Below are positions 16,043 to 30,850 of a DNA stretch of 64,000 bases, in pieces; the first letter of the stretch is position 1; every line of letters begins with the position of its first letter. This DNA comes from the human T2T-CHM13v2.0 reference genome, Homo sapiens. Location: NCBI RefSeq assembly GCF_009914755.1, contig NC_060935.1. One strand, written 5' to 3'. Position numbers and translations under genes: made by a program. The notes beneath the pieces were generated by a model. The model did not search any database and had not been told where the DNA came from. It saw only the letters and a program-made list of their open reading frames with translations.

Positions 16043-16665
16043 CCTGTGATGGAAAGGTGTCCAGTCTGGGGTGGGTTCCTGCCTTGTGCTCTGAGCTACC
16101 AGGACAGGCTTCAGTCACTTGCTCCCCTGAACTGGAAAAAGCCAGTTGAAAAATGAATGAATGAATGAATGAATGAATGAAACATTCATAATAAAACAAA
16201 AATTCATGAAGTCTATGATAATCATACAAATGAATGACAATAAACAATGCTGTGCCAAAGGACTCAGTGAGGCCACCATATTTGTGATTGAATTTTAACT
16301 TCATAGAGGCAAGAGGTGCTCCTTACAACTTTTGCTTTGCAAACATTTATTTCTCAATTTAACCCACCACTACTGTGACCACCATCACACAGACTCACCA
16401 AAAATTAGGTAAATAATTATCTTGTTTTTATTAATATTTATTAAATGTATACGCAGTTTCCATTTAGTTCATTGTTTTATATTAGAAGTGTTTGGGTTCT
16501 TTATTTATAAGTTTGGTGATGTTTTTGTGACCAGAAATATGCTGTAGGAACTTAACTCTTCTTTATACTAATTAGCTTATGGTAAAATTAATTTTGTTAT
16601 ATGTTGTTTCATTTGAAATTGCAGTTTCCAAGAACCTATTGACAATGTTAAGTGAGGACTAATTT
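15832..16665. mobile_element. MER6 (TcMar-Tigger) DNA transposon containing (TG)n (~15998-16039) and (TGAA)n (~16154-16181)
   Basis: Termini cagcaggtcatc...taagtgaggact; internal sequence matches recalled MER6. Confidence 0.75.
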
Positions 16666-17952
16666 TATATGGGAGTACACAGGGTTAGAAAAAAAGAGCA
16701 GAGAGTTGGCAAGTTATTTTTGAATGTCTGTTTCCTGGAAGAGGTAAAATTTTTTCCTATTTCCAAAATCACTTTTTAGCAGTAAGTGGGTGAGGGAGTA
16801 TGCCAAGAAAGTGTCGAGAAAAAGAAGTAGGATTTTATGGGAAACAGTTAGGGTTTAAATGGCTTTTGATGTTAATGGGAGAAAGAGTGGACTAGAATTA
16901 GCAAGGACTAGCAAGCATGCTTAGGATAATGTAAAGATGGACACTATGATTTGGAAGTGTTACTCAACAATATATTGAGCTCAGCTCCCTGAGAGTAGAA
17001 GCAGAGAAGACAAATTAAAACAAACCAAGGTTGGTTTTTTCAGGGCTGGTGTAGCAAAAAAGATAAGGTACAAAGCATTTGAATATATAGAAATGAGAGA
17101 TTGAAACTTACAAACTGTAGCATCCAGGAGAGAGAAGAGAAAAAGTAAAGTAGGTTGGAGACCAATAAAGTAAGAAAATATAGAAAAAGCCATGGAAGAA
17201 AGTACTTGATGAAGTCAAAGAATAGCAATGTTAATAGACAGGGAAAAATGTACTTAAAAATAGGAGATTGGGATCAGATATTAGACTATTAGAGGTTAAG
17301 ATGTCAGAGGCACTCAGAGGTAGATCAGTTTGGGATGTAGGGCTGTTGGCTTCAACTCCAAGTCAACAGAGTAGGAGCCAAGAAGGGAATGGGAGTTTCA
17401 GGTACCACAGACATGAATAGGATGTAGCAGAAGTTTGTTGGAGAGAAACATTAGGATACCAGTTGCCAAATGTTTCAATGAATGGAGAGAAATTTGGCAG
17501 AGGGCAACAGAAAAGCATTGTTTTATTCTAGCCACATGACACAGAAGGAAGAAGGAAGATTTTTCTATGCAAATAAACCACTAATACTTTAGAAGCAGGA
17601 TTGGAGGCAAGGAGAATATTGATTTTTTTTTTCTGCTAACAGTATTACTATGGAGATCTAGAGGGTGTCAGAGAAAGGTACAAGCATATTGATAACTTAT
17701 AATTCAAGGAAAGCATTTGGACATTTTACAAATTCAAAAGGATACGCACTGGCTTTTTCTGAAGTATTTCCAGTTTCAGGTACCTAAAAGGTTTTGAAGA
17801 ATTCATTCTCAACATTGAGACCCTGGGGAGTGCTCTTTCCAAGGGTTTGCAGGGGAAAAGAAATAAATTAACAAATACAAATGATTTAGAACAAGAATCC
17901 AAATTAATTGAACTGCCAAGATAAAAAGGCTGTTCTAAATAATTCTGCTTAC

Positions 17953-18043
17953 CTGAAGTTTCTTTGTAGACCTGTAGGCACACTGCCTGCTGCAGTTTCT
18001 CAGTATGGCAATGGAAAGGTTTCTGTAGCTAATACTCTACGGA
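17953..18043 (-). other. GLYATL2: Probable GLYATL2 5' non-coding exon
   Basis: Strong donor TTCAG|gtaagc at 17952; also preceded by an acceptor-like ttttattgtgtttcag (18044-18045); unique sequence upstream of the ATG exon. Confidence 0.6.
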
Positions 18044-18247
18044 CTGAAACACAATAAAATTCAACTGACTCACGTTGTCACTGTTAAGCATAAAGCTTCA
18101 GGAAGTTATGGGTTCCTGTAGATTAAACCAGACGTTCTGTCCATAGACAAGAAATCACAGGCTTTGTAGACCAGAGGAGGACTGAGAATATGTTCCGTAT
18201 TGAGCAGCTTCTACAATTCTAAGAAGTTTTACTCAAGAAGCTTTTGA

Positions 18248-18255
18248 TTTATATA
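18248..18255 (-). promoter_or_regulatory. Candidate TATA box (TATATAAA) for GLYATL2
   Basis: Motif match only, in unique sequence just upstream of the putative first exon. Confidence 0.3.
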
Positions 18256-18619
18256 TAACCTCTTGTAGCTGAAAGGCTATTCTAGAACAATATTAAGTCA
18301 ATTTTCCATTGTTGGCAAAAATAGCACAGCTGCAGCCTTATTTAAATGATGTCAGTAGAGCAAACAAAGAGTTGGAAAGTTTGATTTCAATGCAAAATAC
18401 TTGGCTTAATACTTTCAACCATTTGTGGCTTGGAAAAAGCCAAAAATGCCTCAAGGAAGTTACTGTAATAATGAGAACTCAGTTTCATATACCTTGTCCT
18501 CTGGTTGTCTAAAGTGGAGCAACAGGGAGGGGCATTGTAAGTTTAAGAAGAAAAATCAATTACTGGAGAAAAGTTTCAGGGGGACTGGAATTAGCTTTGT
18601 AGTGGAATAGAGACAAACA

Positions 18620-18797
18620 TTGTTTTTCAAAGTGTGTTCCTCACACCACCTCCTTCAAGATCAATTAGGCTTGTTTGTTAACAATACAAGAACTTTTCCA
18701 GATCAGGTAAATCAGAGGCTCCCAGAGTGCCTGGCAATCTGTATGTTATAAAAAGCTATCTAAAAGAATCTGATCAACATTACATTTTGAAGACATT
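18620..18797. mobile_element. MER5-type hAT-Charlie element
   Basis: gtttttcaaagtgtg...tttgaagacattg terminal inverted-repeat-like ends. Confidence 0.55.
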
Positions 18798-18839
18798 GAG
18801 ATTAAAACATGGGAAAATATAAGTTATAAAATTTTTATA

Positions 18840-19131
18840 CTGGGTGCAGTGGCTCACATCGGTAATACCAACTACTTGGGAAGCTCAGGCAGGAGGGTCG
18901 CTTGAGGGCAAAAACTTGATACAAGCCAGGGCGACCTAATAAAACCCCAGTCTTTAAAATTTTGGTTTTTAATTAGCCAGATGTAGTGGCATGTGTCTAT
19001 AGTCCCAACTACTCAGCAGACTGAGATGGAAAGATTACGTGAGCCCAGAAACTTGAGATCGCAGTAAGCTATTTCACCACTGCACTTCAGCCTGGGGAAC
19101 AGGGTGAGATACTATCTCTAATTAAAAAAAA
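18840..19131 (+). mobile_element. AluJ
   Basis: Diverged full-length Alu with A tail. Confidence 0.85.
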
Positions 19132-22100
19132 ATTCACCCACTTTCTGGAAGTGAAAGAAACTTCACAAATTGTAATCATTTATAGCATGAGAAAAGCAAG
19201 AGTTATTTTTACACAAATAAGGAAGCTGTTGCTGAGAAAAAAATAAATGTCTTCCCCCAGGTCACAAAACTAACCAGTGGCAATGTCTGGAACATGAGGC
19301 CAAATATCGAATTATTTTAATGACACTATGATTCCATAGAGAGTGATTCTCTACCCTTAGGCAGTTTATATCTTCTTACAAACCTAAATCATCTACTCCA
19401 GATGACATATAAAAATTATCAGTGATAATTTAATACTATCTACACATTCTTGCTATGTAAGGCATTGAGTTTTATAGTTTTAGTTACTCTACTTTTTGAA
19501 CCAAAAGTGGTTCACATAATCTATCAAAGAATTTTACATATTCATAATTGTAAACGATTATTTTGTTAAATACATATCAAAGTTTATAGAGTTATACAGT
19601 AAACTAATCATCCTTTTTAAAAAATGGTCCATTTCAACTAGTCAATACATATGTTTTATTCCATAATTGACAGCAAACTGTGGATAGTTGAGAGAACACA
19701 TATTTTTTTTCTATACTGAGTATTACTTAAGTAATTTCTTGAGCCATTAAATTTTTTTTATATAGTTTATAATGGGGAGGAGAAGCAAAGCAAGTGGCAG
19801 AATAGAAGGCTCCACTAATCATTTCCCCATACCCCACAAGGCACCAACTTAACAAGTACACAGAAAAAAATACCTTCATGAGAGCCAAAAATCAAGTGAG
19901 CACTCATAGTACCTGGTTTTGACTTCATATCCCTGAAAGAGGCACTGAAGAGACAGTAAAAAACAGTCTTGAATCACCAATCCCCATCCCTCCCAACCTC
20001 AGTAGCAGTAGTGTGGTGCACAGTGTAACTCTGGGCACGGGGGTAGAAAGAACACAGCAATTATGAGGCATTGAACTCATTGCTGTCATGTTAGACACAA
20101 AGGAAAACTAGACCAAACTCAGCTGACACCTGCCCATGGAGGCAGAGGGAGCATTTAAACCAGTCCTAACCCGAGGGGAATCACCAATCCCAGCAGTCAA
20201 AACTTCAGTGACTGAAAACCTCACCACAGAGGGCCTAAAGTTCTCTGTGTTTCCAAGTAAACGTGAAAGGCAGTGTAAACCATAAGGACTGCAACTCTTA
20301 AGTGAGTCCTAGTGCTGAATTAGGCTCAGAAATTGTGGACTGGGGGGACACTTGACATACTGAGACACCAGCTGGGTCAGTCAAAGGAGAGCTGGTATCA
20401 CCTCTTCCCTAACCCCAGGCTGCATAGCTCACAGCTGCTAAAGAGACTCCTTCCCTCTGCTTGAGGAATGAAAAAGAAACAGTAAGGCGAACTTCATCTT
20501 GCATCTTGGATATCAGCTCAGCCACAACAGGATAAGGCACCAAATAGAGTTGTGAGGCCCCCGTTCCAGGCCCCAGCTCCCAGACAACATTTCTAGACAT
20601 TTGCTGGGCCGGAAGGGAACTCTCTGCATTGAAAAAAAGGATCCAGTCCTCACAGCATTCATCACCTGGTAGAAGATACCCTGAGCCCTGAATAACCTAC
20701 AGCAGCACCCAGGTACTATTAGTACATTGAGGACCTTGCGTGAGCATCTGAGGATAGCAGGTTTCAGGTGAGACTCAGCACATTTCCAGCTGTGGCAGCT
20801 CTGGGGCAAGATTCCTTCTGCTTCAGAAATGTGGAAGGAGAAGTAAAGATACTTTGTTTTGCACCTTAGGTGCCAGCACAGCCACAGCATGGTAGAGCAG
20901 CAAGTGGGCTCTTGACATCCCCAATTGCAGGACTTAGCTCTTGAACAGCATTTCTGGACCTTCCCTGGGCCAGAAGGAAGCCCACTGCCCTGAAAGGTGA
21001 GTCCCAGGCCAGGTAGACTTTACTACAAGCTGATTTAAGAGCCCTTAGGCCTTAAGAGAACACTGGTTGGTAGTCTGGCAACCAGTGGGTAGGGGTGACT
21101 ATGTGGTGAGACTCCTCTGTCTTTGGAAAGAAAAGACAAAAGTGGGAAGAACTTCATCTTGTGGTTTGAACCTCAGCTCAACTGCAATATAATAGAACAC
21201 CAGGTAGCCCTCTAATGTTTTTGACTCTAGTCCTTGACTTCTGGACAGCACATCTGTATCTCAGGGCCTGAGGAATCTCACTGCCCTGATGGGAAGCACA
21301 CAGGCCTTGCTGGCTTTGCTACCTTCTGATTGTAGAGTTCCAGAGCCTTAAGTGAACATAGGCAGTAGCCAAGGAGTGATTACAGCAGGCCTTGGTCAAG
21401 ATGCAGTGCTGTGCGGACCTCAGGCCTGATCTAGCACAGTCACAATGGCGGTGGCCACAGGAGTGCTTATGTCACTCCATCCCCAATTTTAGTTGGCTCA
21501 GAACAGAGAGAGAGGCTTTTTTTTTTTTTTTTTTGAGAAAGTAAGGGAAGAAAACAGAACAGTCTCTGCCTGGTAATCCAGAGAATTCTCCCATATCTTC
21601 TCCAAGACTATTGAGGCAGTACCTTTATGAGTCTTCAAAAACCACAGTATTACTGGGCTTGGGATGCTCTCTGAAGTAGAGACAGCTTAAATCATGATAC
21701 CTACATCTTTTCAAATATCTGGAAAGCCTTTCCAACAAGGATGGCTACAAATAAGCCCAGACAGTGAAGACTAGAGCAAACACCTAACTCTTCAGTGCTC
21801 AGACACTGAAGAACATCTACTAGCATCTACAGCATTGAGAAAAATTGGACCTCACCAAATCAACTTAATAAGACACCTGGGACCAATCCTGGAGAAATGG
21901 AGATATGTGACCCTTCAGAGAGAGAATTCAGAATACCTGTGTTGAGGAAACTCAAAGAAACTTAAGATAACACAGAGAAGAAATGCAGAATTCTATCAGA
22001 TACATTTAACAGACAGATTGAAATAGTTAAAAAGAATCAGAAATTCTGGAGCTGAAAAATGCAATTGTCATACTGAAGAATCTATCAGGGACCTTTATTC

Positions 22101-22857
22101 GCAGAATTAACAAAGCAGAAAAAAGAATTAGTGAGCTTGAAGACAGGCTATTTAAAAATGCGCTTTCAAAAGATACAAAATAAAAAAATTAAAAAACAAC
22201 AAAACACATCTACAGGTTATAGAAAATAGCCTTGAAAGGGCAAATCTAAGAATTATTGGCCTTAAAGAGAAGGTAGAGATGGAGATAGGGGTAGAAAGTT
22301 TATTTAAAGAAATAATAACAGAGAACTTCCCCATACCAGAGAAAGATATCAGTATCTGAGTACAGGAAAGTTGTAGAACACCAAGCAGATTTAACCCAAA
22401 GACTATCTCAAGGCATTTAAAATCAAACTCCCAAAGGTCAAGGAGAAAGAAACATAAAAGCAGCAAGAGAAAAGAAATAAATAACATACAATGGAGATAC
22501 AATACATCTGACAGCAGATTTTTCAGTGGAAACCTAGGAGACAGTGGCATGACACACTTAAAGTGCTGAAGGAAAAATACCTTTTACCCTAGAATATTAT
22601 CTCACAAAAATATTCTTCAAAAATGAAGGAAGAATACTTTCCCAGACAAGAGCTGAGGGATTTCATCAATATCAGACCTTTCCTACAAGAAATGCTAAAG
22701 AAAGAACAGAACATTGAGAAAGAAAGGAACATTAGTGAGCAATAAATAATCACCAGAAGTTTTAAAACTCACAGGTAATAATAAGTACACAGAAACAGAC
22801 AGAATATTATAACGCTGTTAACTGTGGTGTATAAACTACTTTTATCCTAAATAGAAA

Positions 22858-22934
22858 CACCTGAGCTCAAGCAATCCACCTACCTTGGCCTCCCAAAGTG
22901 CTAGGATTACAGGCATGAGCCACCACACCTGGCC
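22858..22934 (-). mobile_element. Alu left-arm fragment at a deletion junction
   Basis: cctcccaaagtgctaggattacaggcatgagccacc. Confidence 0.85.
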
Positions 22935-23182
22935 TATATATCAATAAATTGGAAAACCTAAAAAAAATGACAAATTTCTAGACACATATGATCCACCAAG
23001 ATTGAACGAGGTCAAAATCCAAAACCTGAACAGACCAATAGCAAGACACAAGATTGAAGCTATACTAAAGTCTCTCAGTAAAGAAAAGCCCAGGATCTGA
23101 CAGCTTCACTGCTGAATTCTACCAAACATTTAAAGAAGAATATCAATCCTACTCAAACTGTTCTGAAAAATGCAGGAGAAGG

Positions 23183-23490
23183 CAGCAAACTAACACAAGA
23201 ACAGAAAACCAAATACCGCATGTTCTCACTTATAAGTGGGAGTTGAACAATGAGAACACATGGACAAAGGGAGGGGAACATCATACACTGGAGCCTGCTG
23301 GTAGGTGGGGGCCTGGGAGAGGGATAGTATTAGGAGAAATACCTAATGTAGATGACAGGTTGATGGGTGCAGCAAACTACCATAGCTCGCTTATACCTAT
23401 GGAACAAAGCTGCACGTTCAGCACATGTATCCCAGAACTTAAAGTATAATTAAAAAAAGATAAACAATTCCAATAGAAAAACAGGAAAAG
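23183..23490 (+). mobile_element. Short 5'-truncated L1PA 3' end inserted in the older L1
   Basis: cagcaaactaacacaagaacagaaaacc...cccagaacttaaagtataat plus A tail. Confidence 0.85.
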
Positions 23491-23838
23491 TGAAAAAAAT
23501 AGAGAAGGGAATACTTCCAAACTCGTTCTATGAGGCAAATATTATCCTGATACCAAAACCGAAGACACATCAAAACACAGAAAACTACAGTCCAATATTT
23601 CTGATGAATATTGATGCAAAAATCCTCATCAAAATACTAGCAAACCCTGGTAAAAGTGGGCATCTTTGTTGTGTTCCAGCTATTGGAAAAAAGGCTTTCA
23701 GCTTTTCCCCATTCAGTGTGATACTAGCTGTAGGTCTGTCATATATAGCTTTTAACCTGTTGAGGCATGTTTCTTCTATTCCCAGTTTGTTCAGAGGTTT
23801 TATTATGAAGGGATGTTGAATCTTATCAAATGCTTTTT

Positions 23839-24836
23839 TGTGGGCGGTAAGCCACCTGAGGCAAGAGACCAAGGGCACGAGCTGTTCCAGTGTGATAAAT
23901 ATATAAAATAACAAGAGTTATACTAGATATAGATCATAGATATGATTATATATGAATATCATTAATCATTAATTTGTAGCAATTACTCTTTATTCCAATA
24001 TTATAATAATCTTCACTCTACAATCATAACCCAGGAAAAACCAGGCCATACAGAGATAGGAGCTGAAGGGGCATGGTGAGAAGTGACCAGAAGACGAGAG
24101 TGTGAGCCCTCTGTCATGCCCAGACAGGGCCACTAGATGGTTCCTTGGTCTAGCAGTAATGCCAGCATCTGGGAAGATGCCCATTACCAAGTGGACATGG
24201 TCTAGCGGTAGCATCAATGCCAAGGAAAAGCACCTGCTACTTAGCAGACCAGGAAAGGGAGTCTCCCTTTCCCCAGGGGAGTTTAGAGAAGACTCTGCTC
24301 CACCACTCTTGTGGAGGGCCTGACATCAGTCAGGCCCACCCGCAGTTATCTGGAGGCCTAACCATCTCCCTGTGATGCTGTGCTTCAGCGGTCATGCTCC
24401 TGTTTCACTTTCATATTCTACTCTGGGCACCTGGCTCTGCCCTCTAGATAGCAGTAGCAAAATTAGTGAAAGTATTAAAGTCTTTGATCTTTCTGAAAAG
24501 AGCATAGAATAAATAATGGCATAAGCTGTACTCTCTCTGCCTTGGCTGCCAAACAGGGAAGGGCCCCCTGTCTGGTGGACACGTGACTCACGTGACCTTA
24601 TCAATCATTGGAGATGACTCACACTCTTTACCCTGCCCCTTTTGCCTTGTATCCAATAAATAACAGTGCAGCCAGGCATTCGGGGCCACTACTGGTCTCG
24701 GCATCTTGGTGGTAGTGGTCCCCCGGGCCCAGTTGTCTTTTCTTTTATCTCTTTGTCTTGTGTCTTTATTTCTATGATCTCTCATCTCTGCACATGTGGA
24801 GAAAAACGCACAGACCCTGTGGGGCTGGCCACTACC
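23839..24836 (+). mobile_element. LTR13-type solo LTR (ERVK/HML-4)
   Basis: TGTGGGCGG.AAGCCACC start, ...ggggctggccactacc end, 6-bp TSD cttttt (23833-23838 and 24837-24842). Confidence 0.85.
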
Positions 24837-25939
24837 CTTTTTAGCATCCATTGAGATGATTATATGGATTTTATCTTTCATTCTGTTGATATGGTGTATC
24901 TCACTGGTTGATCTGCATATTTTGAACTATCCTTGCATCCTAGGGATACATCCCAGTTGGTCATGATGAATAATCTTTCTAATGTTATTGTTGAATTTGG
25001 TTTGCTAGTATTTTGTTGAGGATTTTTGTTTCAGTATATGCACATACTCTGTACCCACAAAAATTAAATATTAAAAAGAATTAAAAAAAACAAAAAAGAT
25101 AGACAATTCAGTTGGCCTTCTTCCAAAGAATTGTATTACATAATATTTGGACACTGCCAGAAACTCCAGACATCTGAGAGACATGATTACTATTATATGG
25201 TTCCTGGGTGTATCTTCCTCACTTCTGTAGAACTACAGAAATAGGTGGGTGACATGTGGGAAAAGATTCATAAGTAATGTTAAAGAGTTTCTAAATCATC
25301 ACAGGGGAGATGGCAAGCCACTGGAAAGTTAGGACTGGAAAAACATGGTTGGGAGGAAGATGTCTGTTAGTGGGATACACACAAGGGATGATTGCCACCT
25401 GAGCTAGCATGATAGCCTATTGAGACGAGAAGAGATCCATAGATTTGAGATAATTCAAAGATAGAGTTTGCAGAATTTGGTCATTGATTGAAAAAGAGTG
25501 AGAAGGTTGGCATCTGAGTTTCTGGATTGATCCACTAGAAGCATCAATAATTTTAATTCTTTGAATGGAAATAATATGTAAATTGGTAGATGATAATTTG
25601 CTTAAAGTCTTCATTAAGATATTTTCATGACTGTGAAACCGAATGACTATATTTATGAATGTGCTTACTTCTGACAGAACTTTCATAGGCTCACTCCTTC
25701 TAAACTCAGTTCCCTTAACCCTCTTTCCATGAGATCGTATCAGTCTCAATACAAATTCTGCAGTAGGGGCTATTAGATGCCCAACCCCATCTCCAGTTTT
25801 TCCTCATGCTTCAGGAAGAAGAATTTGCTATTACCAGGAAAGTCTTTTAAAGCTGCTATGGACATTCAATTAAAGGACACTGAGAATGTAAGTAAGAGAA
25901 ATTCAGTGATGTTTCCAAATTGCCTGACTATACGTTTTG

Positions 25940-26160
25940 AATAACAATGACCTACATTTATTGAGAAATTAACAATATGCCAGGTACATTCAAACCTCTT
26001 AGTATATTGTTTCATTTGGTCCTCACAACAACTCTATGAGGTAATCATTACTATTATCCACATTTTATGGAGCAGGAAATTGAGATAGAGATAGGGTAAA
26101 TAGCTTGCTCAAAATTACATGAAATGAAAATAGCCGATCCAGGATTAAGGCCACAGAACC
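25940..26160 (+). mobile_element. MIR
   Basis: tcctcacaacaactctatgaggt...gcaggaaattgag. Confidence 0.7.
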
Positions 26161-26274
26161 TTTGCCAAGAGCTCTCAAGTGAGATGTACAGACAAATATT
26201 CTTCTTCTAATTGCCATAAGCTATTTGAGACCATATTATCTGCCAGTTTCCTTGTTGATCTAGAAGTCTCTTTA

Positions 26275-26378
26275 ATCGTTAACTACTTCCCTAAAGGCTC
26301 TGTCTCCAAATACAGTCACATTGGGGGTTAAGCCTTCAACATGTGAATTTTGAGGGAACACAATATGGTCCTTAACAG
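26275..26378 (-). mobile_element. MaLR (MLT1) LTR fragment
   Basis: tctccaaatacagtcacattgggggttaa...acacaat motif. Confidence 0.65.
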
Positions 26379-26747
26379 TTGCTCTCTGTTCCCAAGCTGA
26401 GTGCTAAGGTCTTTCCTCAATAATGAATTCTTTTTTGCCTAAGTCAGCCAGTGAAGTGCTTGTAACCAACAATGCTAATGAGTAAAGTATCTCTATATCA
26501 TAGCAATATATTTGGTATTCATTTATTTGGTGTTTCTTTGATTTGCACGTGTAATCAAGAATCATTTAGTCATTTATTCAAACATAGTTTTACCACTGCC
26601 ATTTAATCACCTGTGTGACTTTAGATGAATTCATCTAAGTAACGGTTCCTTTATCTATAAAGTATAGACAATTATACTGACCCCAAGATTGTTTGAAGGA
26701 TTTGGGGCAATACAAATATTTATAATTATTAAATATCCTGACAAACA

Positions 26748-27031
26748 CAATTGACCCTTGAACAACATAGGTGTGAACTGCATGGGTCCACTTATGGTTG
26801 GATCTTTTTCAATAAAAACAGTCAATCCTCCATATTGGTAGGTTCCACATCTGCAACCAAATACAGATCAAAAATACAGTATTTGCAGGATTCAAAACCT
26901 GTGTACACAGAAGGCTGACTTTTCCTATCTGCAGGTTCCACAGAGCCAATTGCAGAACTTGAGCATGAGTGGATTTTAGTATCACTGGGGGTCCTGGAAC
27001 CAATTCCTCCAGGATACTGAGGGACGACTCT
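26748..27031. mobile_element. MER2/Tigger2-derived DNA transposon
   Basis: ttgacccttgaacaac...gatactgagggacgac termini. Confidence 0.75.
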
Positions 27032-27807
27032 AGTATCAGCTGGAAGTATCATATGTTTGGGTGGGCTCTGACACCTTTTAGAAAATCATGGCCAGGAGAA
27101 AAAGAAATGAATATTTAATTTTTGGTTTTCAAAACTGGGACTCTGAAACAAATCTATGTCCTTATATTTTTTTCGTAGTGAATACGTTTTCTAATTATTA
27201 ACTATTTATTTACAAATGAAAATTGTATATATTTATTGAGTACAACATGATGTTTTAAAGTATGTATACATTGTAAAATGGCACAATAGAGCTAATTAAT
27301 ATATGCACTATCATATACTTTTAAGGTTTTGGTGAGAACACTTAAAATGTATTCAAATAACAATTTTCATAAAATAGTATATTTAAGTATAGTCACCATG
27401 CTGTACAATAGATTTATTGGACTGCTCCTACTATCTAACTGAAATTTTGTATCCTGTCACCATCTCCCCAGTCCCTACCACCTCCTCCAATGTCTGGTAA
27501 CCGCCATTATACTCTCTGCTTCTGTGAATTTAACTTTTTCAGATTTCACATATAAGGTAGATAATGTGATATTTGTCTTTCTGTGCCTGGTTTATTTTAC
27601 TTAACATAATGTACTCCAAGTTTATCTATGTGGTTTCAAATGACCGAATTTCCTTCTTTTTAAAAGCTGATTAGTATTCTATTGTGCATATATACCACAT
27701 TTTTAATGTTCATTAATCTGTTGATAGACACTTAGGTTGACTCTATGTCTTGGCTATTGTGAATAATTCTACAATGTACATAGAAGTGCAGATATATGTT
27801 TAACATA

Positions 27808-30526
<2,719 letters not shown>

Positions 30527-30850
30527 TACTGATTTAATTACCTTTAAACATATATGCAGTAGGGATTGCTGGATCATATGATAGCTCTATTTTTAGCTTT
30601 TTGAGGAATCTCTGTACTGTTTTGCATAAGGCTACACTGATTTACATTCCCACCAACAGTGCACAAGGGTTCTCATCTCCTCACATCCTCTCCAACAGTT
30701 ATCTTTCATCTTCTTGATAATAGCAATTCTAAAATGTGTGAGGTGATACTGTGATTTTAATTTGCCTTTTCTTGATAATGAGTACTGTTGAGCATTGAGA
30801 AAAAACCCATTAATTATTTTTATGTCTTCTTTTGAGAAATGTTTATTCAA

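Larger units (their letters stand above)
7585..18043 (-). other. GLYATL2: GLYATL2 gene span (glycine N-acyltransferase-like protein 2); ends approximate
   Basis: The spliced CDS translates to MLVLHNSQKLQILYKSLEKSIPESIKVYGAIFNIKDKNPFNMEVLVDAWPDYQ...GWHQWKCTPKKYC (294 aa), recognised as human GLYATL2. All introns are GT-AG and the phases are consistent (78+108+127+163+409=885). Confidence 0.95.
19775..25100 (+). mobile_element. Old rearranged L1 (L1MA/L1PB-type): 5'UTR, ORF1 remnant, ORF2 pieces, internal inversion (23646-25028) and 3' tip
   Basis: ORF1-like region ~21830-22740; ORF2 peptides [18 protein letters not shown] (+) and [10 protein letters not shown] (-); 3' end tgtacccacaaaaattaaa. 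Confidence 0.8.
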
